64,000 nt of DNA from Eledone cirrhosa (taxonomy: Eukaryota): the NCBI GenBank assembly GCA_964016885.1, contig CAXHJY010000531.1, forward strand, positions 1 to 64,000. The letters run 5' to 3'. Positions 1-11,712 of this stretch are shown in pieces. Position 1 is the stretch's first letter; each line of letters starts with the position of its first letter. The position numbers and the translations under genes were made by a program. Below the pieces are notes generated by a model. The model was not told the DNA's origin and did no database searches. It saw only the letters and a list, made by a program, of their open reading frames with translations.

Positions 1-767
1 AGTCCCGATGAGGATCGAGAAATGACCACAGTTAAAAAGGGTACTCAGTACGTTGGTAGAGTATAGGCATCTTTATTATATATATATATATACATATTGA
101 AATGATTTCTACATGACTAGAACTGTTTCATTCGTATGAAATCATCAGGAGGTGATTTATGATAAACTTATATTTATATATATATTTATACACACGAGGG
201 TTGAGGAGTGACAGAATCGCGTATCTGTTGTACATCATATTTCGATCGTGTATTATATATATATATATAGTAGTAGTAGTAGTTCCACAACAGTTAGTTT
301 ACCAGACCGAGAACAAATGTTTCACCTTATGCGGATTATCAGTTCGGTCTGAGTGAAGTTGTACGGAAAAGGAAAAACATACACGATCTATCTATATATA
401 TATATTACACGTGTGTACATCATTATATGCCAGAGACACGTGAAAGAGAGAAAACAAAGAAGTAATATATAGCAAATTAGTTGCTGTGTTGTTGGAATAT
501 TTACAACCACCCCCAGTTTGACGTGGCGGTTCTCATGCATGACACAATGTGCAACAGTGTGTGGCTAGAATAAGCGGCCATTTCCTGGTAGCATAAGTAT
601 TACCCGGCTCTGCTTTAGGGAGCGATAATGTCAGAGTACAAATTATCATCTGTTAACATGTCACGCAGTGAAAGTTGTATGTAATATATATATTATATAC
701 ATTGCTTCTACAGGTACCTGAGTACCTTACTCTGTGTGGTTACCCCCGATTGAACCCGGGTTTCACC

Positions 768-824
<57 letters not shown>

Positions 825-960
825 ATTATATATATATATATTATTATTATATATATATATATTATTATTATATATATATATATATTATTATATATATATA
901 TATATTATATATATATATATATAAATAGATAAGAGAGAGAGAGAGAGAGATATATAGATA

Positions 961-1052
961 TAATATAGATGAGATTCTACAGGACTAGAACCGTTTCTGA
1001 TGATTTCTAAAGAATGAAACAGTTCTAGTCCTGTAGAATCTAATCTATATTA
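961..1052. mobile_element. Penelope-type inverted repeat with hammerhead core remnant
   Basis: Arms of about 35 bp flank CTGATGA(997-1003)-stem-GAAAC; a related copy lies at about 100-150. Confidence 0.55.
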
Positions 1053-1120
1053 AAACTTTTATACTCTGCTATGTATTGAGTACCTTACTTACTGTGGTTA
1101 CCTCCGATTCAACCCGGAAT

Positions 1121-1165
<45 letters not shown>

Positions 1166-1963
1166 GTAATAAACGAAAGATATATACTTTATATCATTTC
1201 TATTCTATTTATATATATATGTGTGTGTGTGTGTAACTACAATGAAAAGCGGCGCACCAATCGAAGCACTCCATGCTGTTACAAAGTCCGCCTCGTGTTG
1301 GGTTGTATTACAGAGTTTAGGCACCTATTGTGCACAGAGTGTAAATATAATAAGTAGAATTAATGTCAGTATTGCAGCATATGTACAAACTTTAATGGCC
1401 ATATTACAATTGTTTTGATTTCGATCAAATCAGGGTACAATGAAAGCGATGGGCCCGACTCTCCTTCGACATGTCGACAGATGTGCGAGTTTATATGTGC
1501 ACAGATACATCTAAACTATATTTATACGTTGTTAAAGTCAGGTTAGAGTCCTGTTACAGTGGAGTTTTGCCAGGCAATCGTGGGGTGACCCCGTGAATAC
1601 ACGGGTGACACTCCAGAGTTACATCATTCTGATTTGGCCTCAATAAAGAAAATATCAATCTTTACTATGGTATTGAGTACGCATTCTCACGATCGTCGAT
1701 AATCCATTTTTCCCAGCCTGTGGTGTTCAAAAGTTTGGGTGGGGCAAGGCCATTAACAATGAAGTTCTTGTCATTGTTGGCAGTCCGCCTTAACGAGGAA
1801 TTAGGTAATGCCCGCCAGGGTGGTTGGTTATTCAAGCGCCTTAGCCACGATAATTCTACGAGTGTTTGTCGTCTTGCTTCAAAAATGATTTGAGGGAAAC
1901 TCCATTATGTTTTAGTGTGTGTGCATGGATGGGGATCTTCTCCCTTCTTTCTTATTTTTTAAC

Positions 1964-2108
1964 TACCGTATTTCACGGCAAGTCTCAAAAATCTACTATG
2001 CGTCCTGGAGGTCGAAGGTTGTTTATTATTTTTTTTTCCAATTTTTGGTTGTCAAAATTTGGGTGCGTCCTCGAGGACGAAGCGTCTTTGGCGCCGGGAA
2101 ATACTGTA
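1964..2108. mobile_element. Short non-autonomous Tc1/mariner/pogo-type element (MITE)
   Basis: TIR pair TACCGTATTTCACGGC / GCCGGGAAATACTGTA with TA ends. Confidence 0.6.
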
Positions 2109-2479
2109 TATATCTGCATAATTGTTTCTACTTTTTGGCACAAGGCCAGCAATTACCCAGTGCATTACTGGTACTTTATTTTATCGTCCCCGTAAGGATG
2201 AAAGGCAAAGTATATATCTGCATAATGTTATATAAATTGTATTAACAATGTTATTAATAAACGTCAATAATGACGGCATAAACGAAAAAACAAACATAAC
2301 AGAAAACGTGTGTGTGTGTGTATATATATATAATTCAAGTATAAAAGATATGTGTATATGCATACATATATCTTTTATACTTGAATTATTATGACTCTGA
2401 ACATAGTCTATTGAGCTGGTTTATTGAGAAACACAAAAATCAAACATATTTGTTGTTTGGATTCTTCACACACACACAC

Positions 2480-2545
<66 letters not shown>

Positions 2546-3148
2546 TGGCTGCCAACTCGTTTTCGAGTACGGCCACTACTTTATATCCATGTAGGAGAAC
2601 CCCTACCGATGCGCTGAACGACTGTGACTTTTTAGTCCAGCCGGCGACTTGAAAACTCTGGTACAAACACTACACTTGTGACAACTATTGACACATAGTG
2701 CTGGGCCCATGGTACCATGTGACGACAAGTGCGGAGAGATCTCCAGATATAAAGCAATGCCTGTGCCGTGAAGGTTTTATAGTGAGCAAAGGCACTGCAC
2801 AAAGCCAGTCCCACTCTCTTAACCAAGATGATATTTACCAAAAAGAAGAACAAGTCAACATCATTGGATACCATCAGGGCTGCAGGTGTTATATCAGAGT
2901 TTTCCTTCTCCTAGAATTCTGCCTTGACAAAGGCTAAGGGGTCATCTCTCCCAGTGATTTTGGATGGCCATTGACTCTTAAGAGCTCCTTTGCCCTTTGA
3001 CAGGTTTTGTTTTTAGTCCTGCAGGATGTCCAAAGTCATCCTCCTCACCAAGAAACCTTGGTGGGGTTGCCAGTTTAGTCGCCAACGACACGACCATGAG
3101 ACAGGTTGTACTGGGATACATGTTACCAGTAGCACCAACTGGTGACCT

Positions 3149-3195
<47 letters not shown>

Positions 3196-4769
3196 GCACA
3201 TATATGCGCGCGTGTGTGTATTTGTATATGAATCGAATACCGCGCACTAGCTGTTCTTGTTAAATAATACCAATCTAACTATGAATGAGGCATCCTAATG
3301 TGATCATCACTGATGCATCATGCCGAGTATTTCTCTCAGCGCTATTGTTATATACAATATATATGTATTTAGCTTCCGCCGATGTATACGAAATCCTTTG
3401 TGCCGAGTAACAAACACTTTCTCATCATAAATGTAATGAACCAACTCCGTGACAACCTGTAACTAACGACACTAATCTTCACCTTAGTTGTATAAAGTAA
3501 AATTTAATAAATAATTAAACTCTACAATAAATTAAAAGTTGCGCAAAATACTTGATCATTTGCAATCTCTACGTGAAACCGGTATCATGTGAAATGTATT
3601 CCCTATGCACTAATATTCCGAAAGGATACCGGTGCCAGATAAAATATTACAAGGTTATACAAGCTGTGCACACGCACACACGCACAAGCACAAGCACGCG
3701 CACACAGACACACACTCACATACACACTCTTATAGGCGGTGAATTGACAGTCGTTTGAGCGTCGGATTAAATGCCAGGGTCAATAAAGAAAGCACCAGTT
3801 ATGTGACAGGAGATTTGATGGAATTGTAAGAGTCGAACCTGCCAACCTTTAGAAACCCAAACGGGGATTACCATGAAAAAAGTGCCACAAAACGGGGAGA
3901 AATGATGCAAAATTGGGGGAGATTTAACATAACGAAAGCTATACCCATTTTCACAAGAGAAGACATCTCTCACCCCAAAGTGGGTGGAAGATCTCCCCGT
4001 CGGACGGGTAGAGTTGACGGGCCAGGAGAGTGTCGGATCGGATTCTTTGCAGTATTTCTTTTGGCTGTCTTTCGGTCGATCTGTCTGTTTGTTTATTTAT
4101 CCCACCCCTCTCCTTAATCTCTCACCGACCCCTCTGATTCATTCTCTCACCCACCCCCTCTTATTCATTCTCTCACCCACTCTTTTTATTCATTCTCCCA
4201 CCCACGTCCCTTCAGTCATTCTCTCACGTGTCTTTGTCACTATTTATATAAATATTTATCTTCACATATAAAACAAAGCCACTGCGTGTGTGAGACATAG
4301 TGTGTGTGTGTGTGAGAGAAAGAGGGAGAGAGTGTGAGAGAGAAAGAGGGGGAGTGAGATAGAGAGAGTGTGAGAGAGAAAGGGGGAGAGTGAGGGAGTG
4401 AGATATATATATATATAAAGAGAGAGAGAGTGAGAGAGAAAGGCCGGTAATGGCCATGCACATCTGTATAGTCATTATCTTTTTAAATAAATATTTGGCA
4501 ACATTGCATCATCCTCTATTGTTGTTAGATAATATAAATATATTTATATAGGAGTGTTTAAGTTTGCTTGAAGCATTGTGGAATATGGAAGATGGCTGTT
4601 TTAGAAGCCTTTACAAAACCAGTTGGTAGTAGGAAGGAAGGGGTAGGGATGTGGAGATCTTTGGCGTTACGCAGTTTTACGGAAGACATATGCTTTCTCA
4701 TGTGGACAGACTGGAACATACACGTAGTAGGCACCTCCTAACCACTGTACCTCCACTCCTGCCCACACC

Positions 4770-5440
4770 CACCTTACACTGTGAAGAAAACACAGCCAGT
4801 ACACACTGTAAAGTGGTCGTGTAGGTGTCATGACAAAAAGCACCCAGGCCACCCTGTTAAGTGGTCATGTTGGTGACACAAGAAAAAGCACCCAACCCAC
4901 ACTGTAAAGTGGTCGTGTAGGTATCACGGTAAAAAGCAGCCAGTACACACTGTAAAGTGGTCGTGTAGGTGTCATGACAAAAAGCACCCAGGCCACCCTG
5001 TTAAGTGGCCATGTTGGTGACACAAGAAAAAGCACCCAACCCACACTGTAAAGTGGTCGTGTAGGTATCACAGCAAAAAGCACCCAGCCCACCCTGTTAA
5101 GTGGCCATGTTGGTGACACGACAAAAAGCACCCAGTCCACTTTGTAAAGTGGTCGTGTTAGTGACACGACAAAAAGCACCCAGTCCACCCAGTGAAGGTG
5201 GTCGTATTGATGACACACTGAAAAAGTACCCAGTCCAACCTGTCTGTTGGTTATTTTGGTGCCGCAATGAAAAGCAAACAGTCCATGTTGTAAATGTGGT
5301 TAGCATTAGAATGGGAATCCAGCCATAGAAATCAATCCAGAAACAGTTCTGTATGATCAAAATTTGGTCACCTGATCTGACTTGTCTCACAATAGGACAA
5401 CTCATCTAACCCATACTAGTGTGGGAAAATGGACATGAAA
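4770..5440 (+). repeat. Tandem array of about 43-bp units derived from a retroelement 3' segment
   Basis: Repeated aaaaagcaccca...ctgtaaagtggtcgtgtaggtgtca units; the same segment occurs in the 3' ends of RTE-type elements elsewhere in the window. Confidence 0.75.
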
Positions 5441-6049
5441 CAATGACAGCCTCTCCAGTGCTGGCGACCTACACAATAAATGCACCCAGTACAGTCTGAA
5501 AGTGGTTGGTGATATGAAGGGCATCCAGCTATAGAAAGCTTGCCAAATAAAGGGTTGGGAGGACCCTCAGTTGTGTTAAAGACATGACAACTTCTCTTGC
5601 GCACTCGGTAGAACATGAGGCCCTAGGGCTATCTCCCTTCTCACCACCATAGGTGCAGAGCTGGCTAGCCGCAGGTGTGACCCTCACAAACTGGAATGGC
5701 TCTTTCAGCTCATCTCCTTCACCAGCCTTCGGAGAAACGTCTTCTCTATTCTGTCCACCAGGGCCATGGGGCAGTCGGCGCGTGGGACCCCATTTGCTCA
5801 TAATAGTCGTTTCTTATATAAGCACAAGGCCAGCAATTTTGGCGGGAGGGGAAAGTCAATTAAATCGACCCCCAGTGCGTGACTGGTACTTTATTTTATC
5901 GACCCCCCCCCCCCCCCGTAAGGATGAAAGGCAAAGTTAACCTCGGCCGGATTTGAACTCAGATCATAAAGGGCCGTAACTCTGTGCTGCAAAGCATGGA
6001 GTCCGACCCTGTACCGATACTGCCAATCCGCCGCCCTCCATTTGCTCAT

Positions 6050-6570
6050 AATAATAATGAAAGTATTGTGTAAAGTGCTCAGGTGCACTACAACTCGTCA
6101 AAGGTGTATGTATAGTACATAGAATAATACACAAATGTCAGGGAAGTGAATAGTGTATGAGTCATGATATACATGCGGGTATGTGTATGGAGAGGGAACA
6201 TTAGGTGTAGTGTTGGCGGATCTCAGGAAGCATGGAGGCCTTAAAGGATGCAGTGTCTCGACAGCTAACAACTGATGCAGGTAGTTTGTTCCATGCTTCA
6301 GCAACTCTGAGCGTGAAAAAATGTTTCCGAAAGTCATGGGAACTGTGCTGTTTTCTGACTTTGTGGGCATGTCCACGTGTGTTAGACACATGGAAATCAA
6401 AAAGGTACTCAGGGTTGTTGTTGGCAACATGGTTAACAATTTTGTGGGTGTTTACCAAGTCAGTTGCCAGGCGTCGGAGCTTTAATATATCCATGCCCAG
6501 GGAAGCAAGGCGCTCAGAGTATGAGTATGGTAGATGCCTGATGGAGGGTATTCGCTTGGTTGCACGTCAG
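6050..6570 (-). mobile_element. CR1/L2-clade LINE 3' fragment
   Basis: ORF 6201..6494 reads NTRGHAHKV...FRKHFFTLRVAEAWNKLPASVV, typical of the CR1/L2 ORF2 C-terminus; (ATT)n tail; second copy at about 15985-16210. Confidence 0.85.
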
Positions 6571-7237
6571 TGAGAGATGGGAAGGGCAGGAGCGACGGAG
6601 GCGATGACAGTGGGAGTTTGGTCCCTCCTGTGTACACGTGTTAGCTAGTATTCACTGAACTACATTGCTGTGGTCTGGTCATTTTACTAAGGTTACCTTA
6701 ACAGGACAATAAAGTGAGATGCAGATCGCTGGGTTGATTTAATTTTATTGAACCCAAACCTGAACTCGAAGTGTGAAAGGCAAAACTAATCTTGGCAGGA
6801 TTTGAATGTAGATTGTAAAGGGCCGTTACTATAAGCCGCTAAGCATGTTGTCCAATAATAATGACAGTGGTGGTTGTGGTGATGGCAAGGACAGTGGTGG
6901 TTGTGGTGATGGCAATAACAGCAGTGGTTGAGGTGATGATGATGATGATGATGATGGTAGTTGGGATGATGATAGTTTGATGATGATGATGATGATAAGT
7001 AATTTTGGTTTTATTTGAAAGGTATATAAGCTAAGCTGAGAAGTCATTAACCTGAATAAATCTCTAACTAGTTTAGTGTCTGTTTCATGTTGGTTGCTTA
7101 CCTGATGTTACGTGTCTTTCTGTTAAATTTGTTACTGAAGGAGTCAACAGCCAATAACTGACCAGGCCACCTCTTCCAAACACCAACTTTATAGAAAGAC
7201 AAATATTTACATTTAGCATGGAGAGGTTGGGGCGTGG

Positions 7238-7382
7238 GACACACACACACACACACTCACTCACTGACACACACACACACATTCTCAGGTCTCTCTCTCT
7301 CTCTCTCTAAGCCACACACATACATAGTGCTTTTTTCTCTTTCTTTCACAAATACACATATACACTTTTTCTCTCTCTCACA

Positions 7383-7431
<49 letters not shown>

Positions 7432-7623
7432 CCTCTCTCACAAACACACAGCTTCTCTCTCTCTCACACACATATATACACACTATTTCTCACAAGCATA
7501 CACGGTTTCTCTTTCACACACACAGTCTCTCTCTCTCTCACACACACACATATACACACACAGTCTCTCTCTCTCTCTCACACATTCACACAGTTTCTCT
7601 CTCTCTCTCACACATATACACAC

Positions 7624-7664
<41 letters not shown>

Positions 7665-7742
7665 TATACACACAGTTTCTCTCTCTCTCACACACACACA
7701 TAAACACAGTCTCTCTCTCTCTCTCTCACACATACACACACA

Positions 7743-7779
<37 letters not shown>

Positions 7780-7860
7780 ATACACAGAGTTTCTATCTCC
7801 CCAACACACACACACACACACACATGCAATTTCTCTCTGACAAACACACACACACAAGCA
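7238..7860. repeat. Compound (CA)n/(CT)n microsatellite
   Basis: Seen directly in the sequence. Confidence 0.9.
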
Positions 7861-8004
7861 CTAAGACAATGAGACGCGATATATGGTAAAGAGAACTCTC
7901 TAGTCATATTGAGGATGTGACAACTTCTCTAATGATGGTGCCATGATAGTGCACCCTGTACACTCTGTAAAGTGGATGGCCATCACCATCCTTCGAATCA
8001 AACA

Positions 8005-8452
8005 TTCGGTAGAGGGTCGGACGCCATGCTTTCCAGCATAGTTACCTCCCTTTACGGTCTGAGTTCAAATCCCGTCGAGGTTAACTTTGCCTTTCATCCT
8101 TACGGGGTCGATAAAATAAAGTACCAGTAATGCACTGGGGTAATTGCTGGCCTTGTGCCAAAAGTAGAAACAGAAACAATTAATATCCTTTCATCGTTAC
8201 AGGGTCGATAAAATAAAGTACCAGTAATACACTGAGGTAATTGCTGGCCTTGTGCCAAAACTAGAAACAATTAATATCCTTTCATCCTTACAGGGTCGAT
8301 AAAATAAGTACCAGTAATACACTGAGGTAATTGCTGGCCTTGTGCCAAAAGTAGAAACAATTAATATCCTTTCATCCTTACAGGGTCGATAAAATAAAGT
8401 ACCAGTAATACACTGAGGTAATTGCTGGCCTTGGGCCAAAAGTAGAAACAAT
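8005..8452 (+). mobile_element. tRNA-derived SINE with its 3' part tandemly repeated (about 79-bp units, 4 copies)
   Basis: B-box gagttcaaatcc, then repeated ctttcatccttac.gggtcgataaaataaagtaccag...ggccttgtgccaaaagtagaaacaa. Confidence 0.8.
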
Positions 8453-8523
8453 ATTTCTGCCTTTTCTCACTCCCCCAACATCACCATTCTCTCACTCTTT
8501 TTATCCTATCCCCCTCAATATAG

Positions 8524-8605
8524 GGCTATGATTATTCCAGGAGTGGGAACCCAACCAGGAACTGCCTTGAGAAATGTATTGCTTCTCTAGAAGGGGCCAA
8601 ACATG
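8524..8605 (+). CDS. CTH: CTH exon ([27 protein letters not shown])
   Basis: tag|GGC...CATG|gtgag, 82 nt; conserved YSRxxNPT motif. Confidence 0.95.
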
Positions 8606-10794
8606 GTGAGTGTTGTTCATCTACTCTACTCTATTGTAAAGTTGACACATTCAACTCACTACATCTGTGTGTGATTATGTTATCTTAACATTGGCTATGA
8701 CACTCTGACATTGGCTGTGATGCTGTGACATTGGCTGAGACACTGTGACATTGGCTATGACACTGTGACATTGGCTGTGATGCTGTGACATTGGCTATGA
8801 TACTGTGACTTTGGCTGTGACACTAACATTGGCTGTGACACAGTGACACTGTCACATTAGCTGTGACATTGGCTATGACACTTTAACATTGGCTGCGACA
8901 CTGTAACATTGGCTGTGACACAGTGACACTGGCTATGACATTGACTGTGACACTGGTTATGATATTGGCTGTGACATTGGCTATGACACTAACATTGGCT
9001 ATGATACTGCGACATTGGCTGTGACACTGTGACATTGGCTGTGACACTAGCTATGACACTCTGACACTAGCCGTGACATTGGCTGTGACACTGTGACGTT
9101 GGCTATGACACTGTGACATTGGCTATGATACTGTGACACTGTGACACTAGCTGTGGTACTGACAGTTATGTGACACTGTAACCAAAGTTTCCTTACATAT
9201 AGTACAAACTTGACCAAACTGGGACCAAGGCTTAGTTACATATAGTACAAACTTAACCAAACAATTTGTGACCAAACTGTTGTTACATCTACAACCATGA
9301 CCAAACTGCTGTAACAAAGGCTTCGTTACATCTACAACCTTGACCAAACTGTTGTAACAAAGACTTCGTTACATCTACAACCTTGACCAAACTGTTGTAA
9401 CAAAGACTTTGTTACATCTGCTACAACCTTGACCAAACTGTTGTAACAAAGGCTTTGTTACATCTCCTACAACCTTGACCAAACTGTTGTAACAAAGGCT
9501 TTGTTACATCTGCTACAACCTTGACCAAACTGTTGTAACAAAGGCTTTGTTACATCTGTTACAACCTTGACCAAACTGTTGTAACAAAGGCTTCGTTACA
9601 TCTACAACCTTGACCAAACTGTTGTAACAAAGACTTTGTTACATCTGCTACACAACCTTGACCAAACTGTTGTAACAAAGGCTTTGTTACATCTCCTACA
9701 ACCTTGACCAAACTGTTGTAACAAAGGCTTTGTTACATCTGCTACAACCTTGACCAAACTGTTGTAACAAAGGCTTTGTTACATCTGCTACAACCTTGAC
9801 CAAACTGTTGTAACAAAGACTTCGTTACATCTGCTACACAACCTTGACCAAACTGTTGTAACAAAGGCTTTGTTACATCTCCTTACAACCTTGACCAAAC
9901 TGTTGTAACAAAGGCTTCGTTACACCTACTACAACCTTGACCAAACTGTTGTAACAAGGGCTTTGTTACATCTACTACAAACTTGACAAAACTCCTTGTG
10001 ATGTAGGCTTCATTAGATCTACTGCAAGCTTGACCAGTTGTGATGGACTGGCAGTATCGGTGGAGCATCAAACACGACGCTTTGCAGTATAGAGGTATGG
10101 TCCTTTATGTTCTGAGTTCAAATCCCACCAAGGTTAACTTCGTCTTTCATCCTTACGGGGTCAATAAAATAAAGCACCAGTATTAAGCAGGTAAAACTAG
10201 TTTATTTTTATTTTTCTATTTATTTATTTAATTATTTGTTTAAATTTTGTTTTCTTCCAGCGATGTGTCTAGCCTCGGGTTTGGCTGCCAATGATTTGGT
10301 GACAAGACTGTTGAAGACTGGAGATCACATTGTCAGTATGGATGACATGTACGGAGGTAAGAATAGGCTGTCTTTTAACCAACATCTATTTATATTTCTT
10401 TGATGCGTGTGTGTATATCATCATCATCATCATCATCATCATCGTTTAACGTCCATCTTCCACGCTTGCATGGGTTTGGACGGGAGTTTTCCCACTTGAG
10501 GCAAGAGTGGTTGTCTTGCTCGCATAGGACTGTCTGGCGGGTTTTCTACGGCTGGATGCCCTTCCTAACACCAACCACGTTTACAGTGTGGGGCTGGGAG
10601 GTTTTTACCGTGTTACCTACACGGCCACATTACAGCATGGACTGTGTGTTTTTTTGTTGTGACACCTATACGACCTCATTTGTTTCGGACTGGATGTTGT
10701 GGTACCAACATAACTTTACATTGAAAGGGGTAGTGTATATATATATATAGCTGTACATAAGACTGGGCTCTCTATGTGTGAATGTGTGTGTATA

Positions 10795-10854
<60 letters not shown>

Positions 10855-10859
10855 AATGA

Positions 10860-10906
<47 letters not shown>

Positions 10907-10911
10907 AATGA

Positions 10912-10968
<57 letters not shown>

Positions 10969-11672
10969 CACACATATTTAATTTTTTTATTCTCATATAT
11001 TTTTTCATTTTCATATTTTATATTTTTTATATATGTATCGACCTTCAGCCTGACACTGCTTTGACTGATACACTCCCTTCCCTGTATGGGGTTGCACGGG
11101 TGTGTGTGTGTTTATACACGTGCTTTCATACTTGTATGTGTATACATTTCAATCCTTAGTCCCTGAGTATGTATGTATGTTAACTCTATTATCTTATAAT
11201 TTCTTTTTTCAACATATATTATACACATATTTGTGGTCACACATACACTGATATGCTTGCCCTCATGTATGTACTTACGCACACATTTTTTCACTTTACA
11301 CATGCATTTGTACATGCACACATATGTACATTTGTAGGTGCATATACACACATTTATACACATACCCTTACTATATTTCCTTATTTTATTTTTATATATC
11401 TCTTGCATTACTTTTATTTATATATTTTTTTGCCCGTTAAACTTTTGCCTTTCTTGAGGAGATTTTTAAAATATTTCACTGTTTTAAATTGCCTTGTCTG
11501 ACAAACGAATGAGGACGTTTCTTGTATTCGTCTTATTCGGGAAACCTCTGGTAATGAGGTAATTATATTGTATTATTTATTATACATTATATATATATAT
11601 ATATATATAGATATATATTTATATATATGTATATATGTAGCTTTACATAAGACTGGGGTCCCTATGTGTGAA

Positions 11673-11712
<40 letters not shown>

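Noticed and set aside
2381-2617. YIHVGEP resembles the CTH N-terminal AIHVGQDP
   Set aside because: A stop follows within a few codons, there is no PPISLSTTFKQ-like motif or suitable donor, and the flank is (AT)n; a chance match.
9181-10040. CRISPR-like array of palindromic repeats
   Set aside because: Units are directly adjacent with no unique spacers, there are no cas genes, and the context is a eukaryotic intron.
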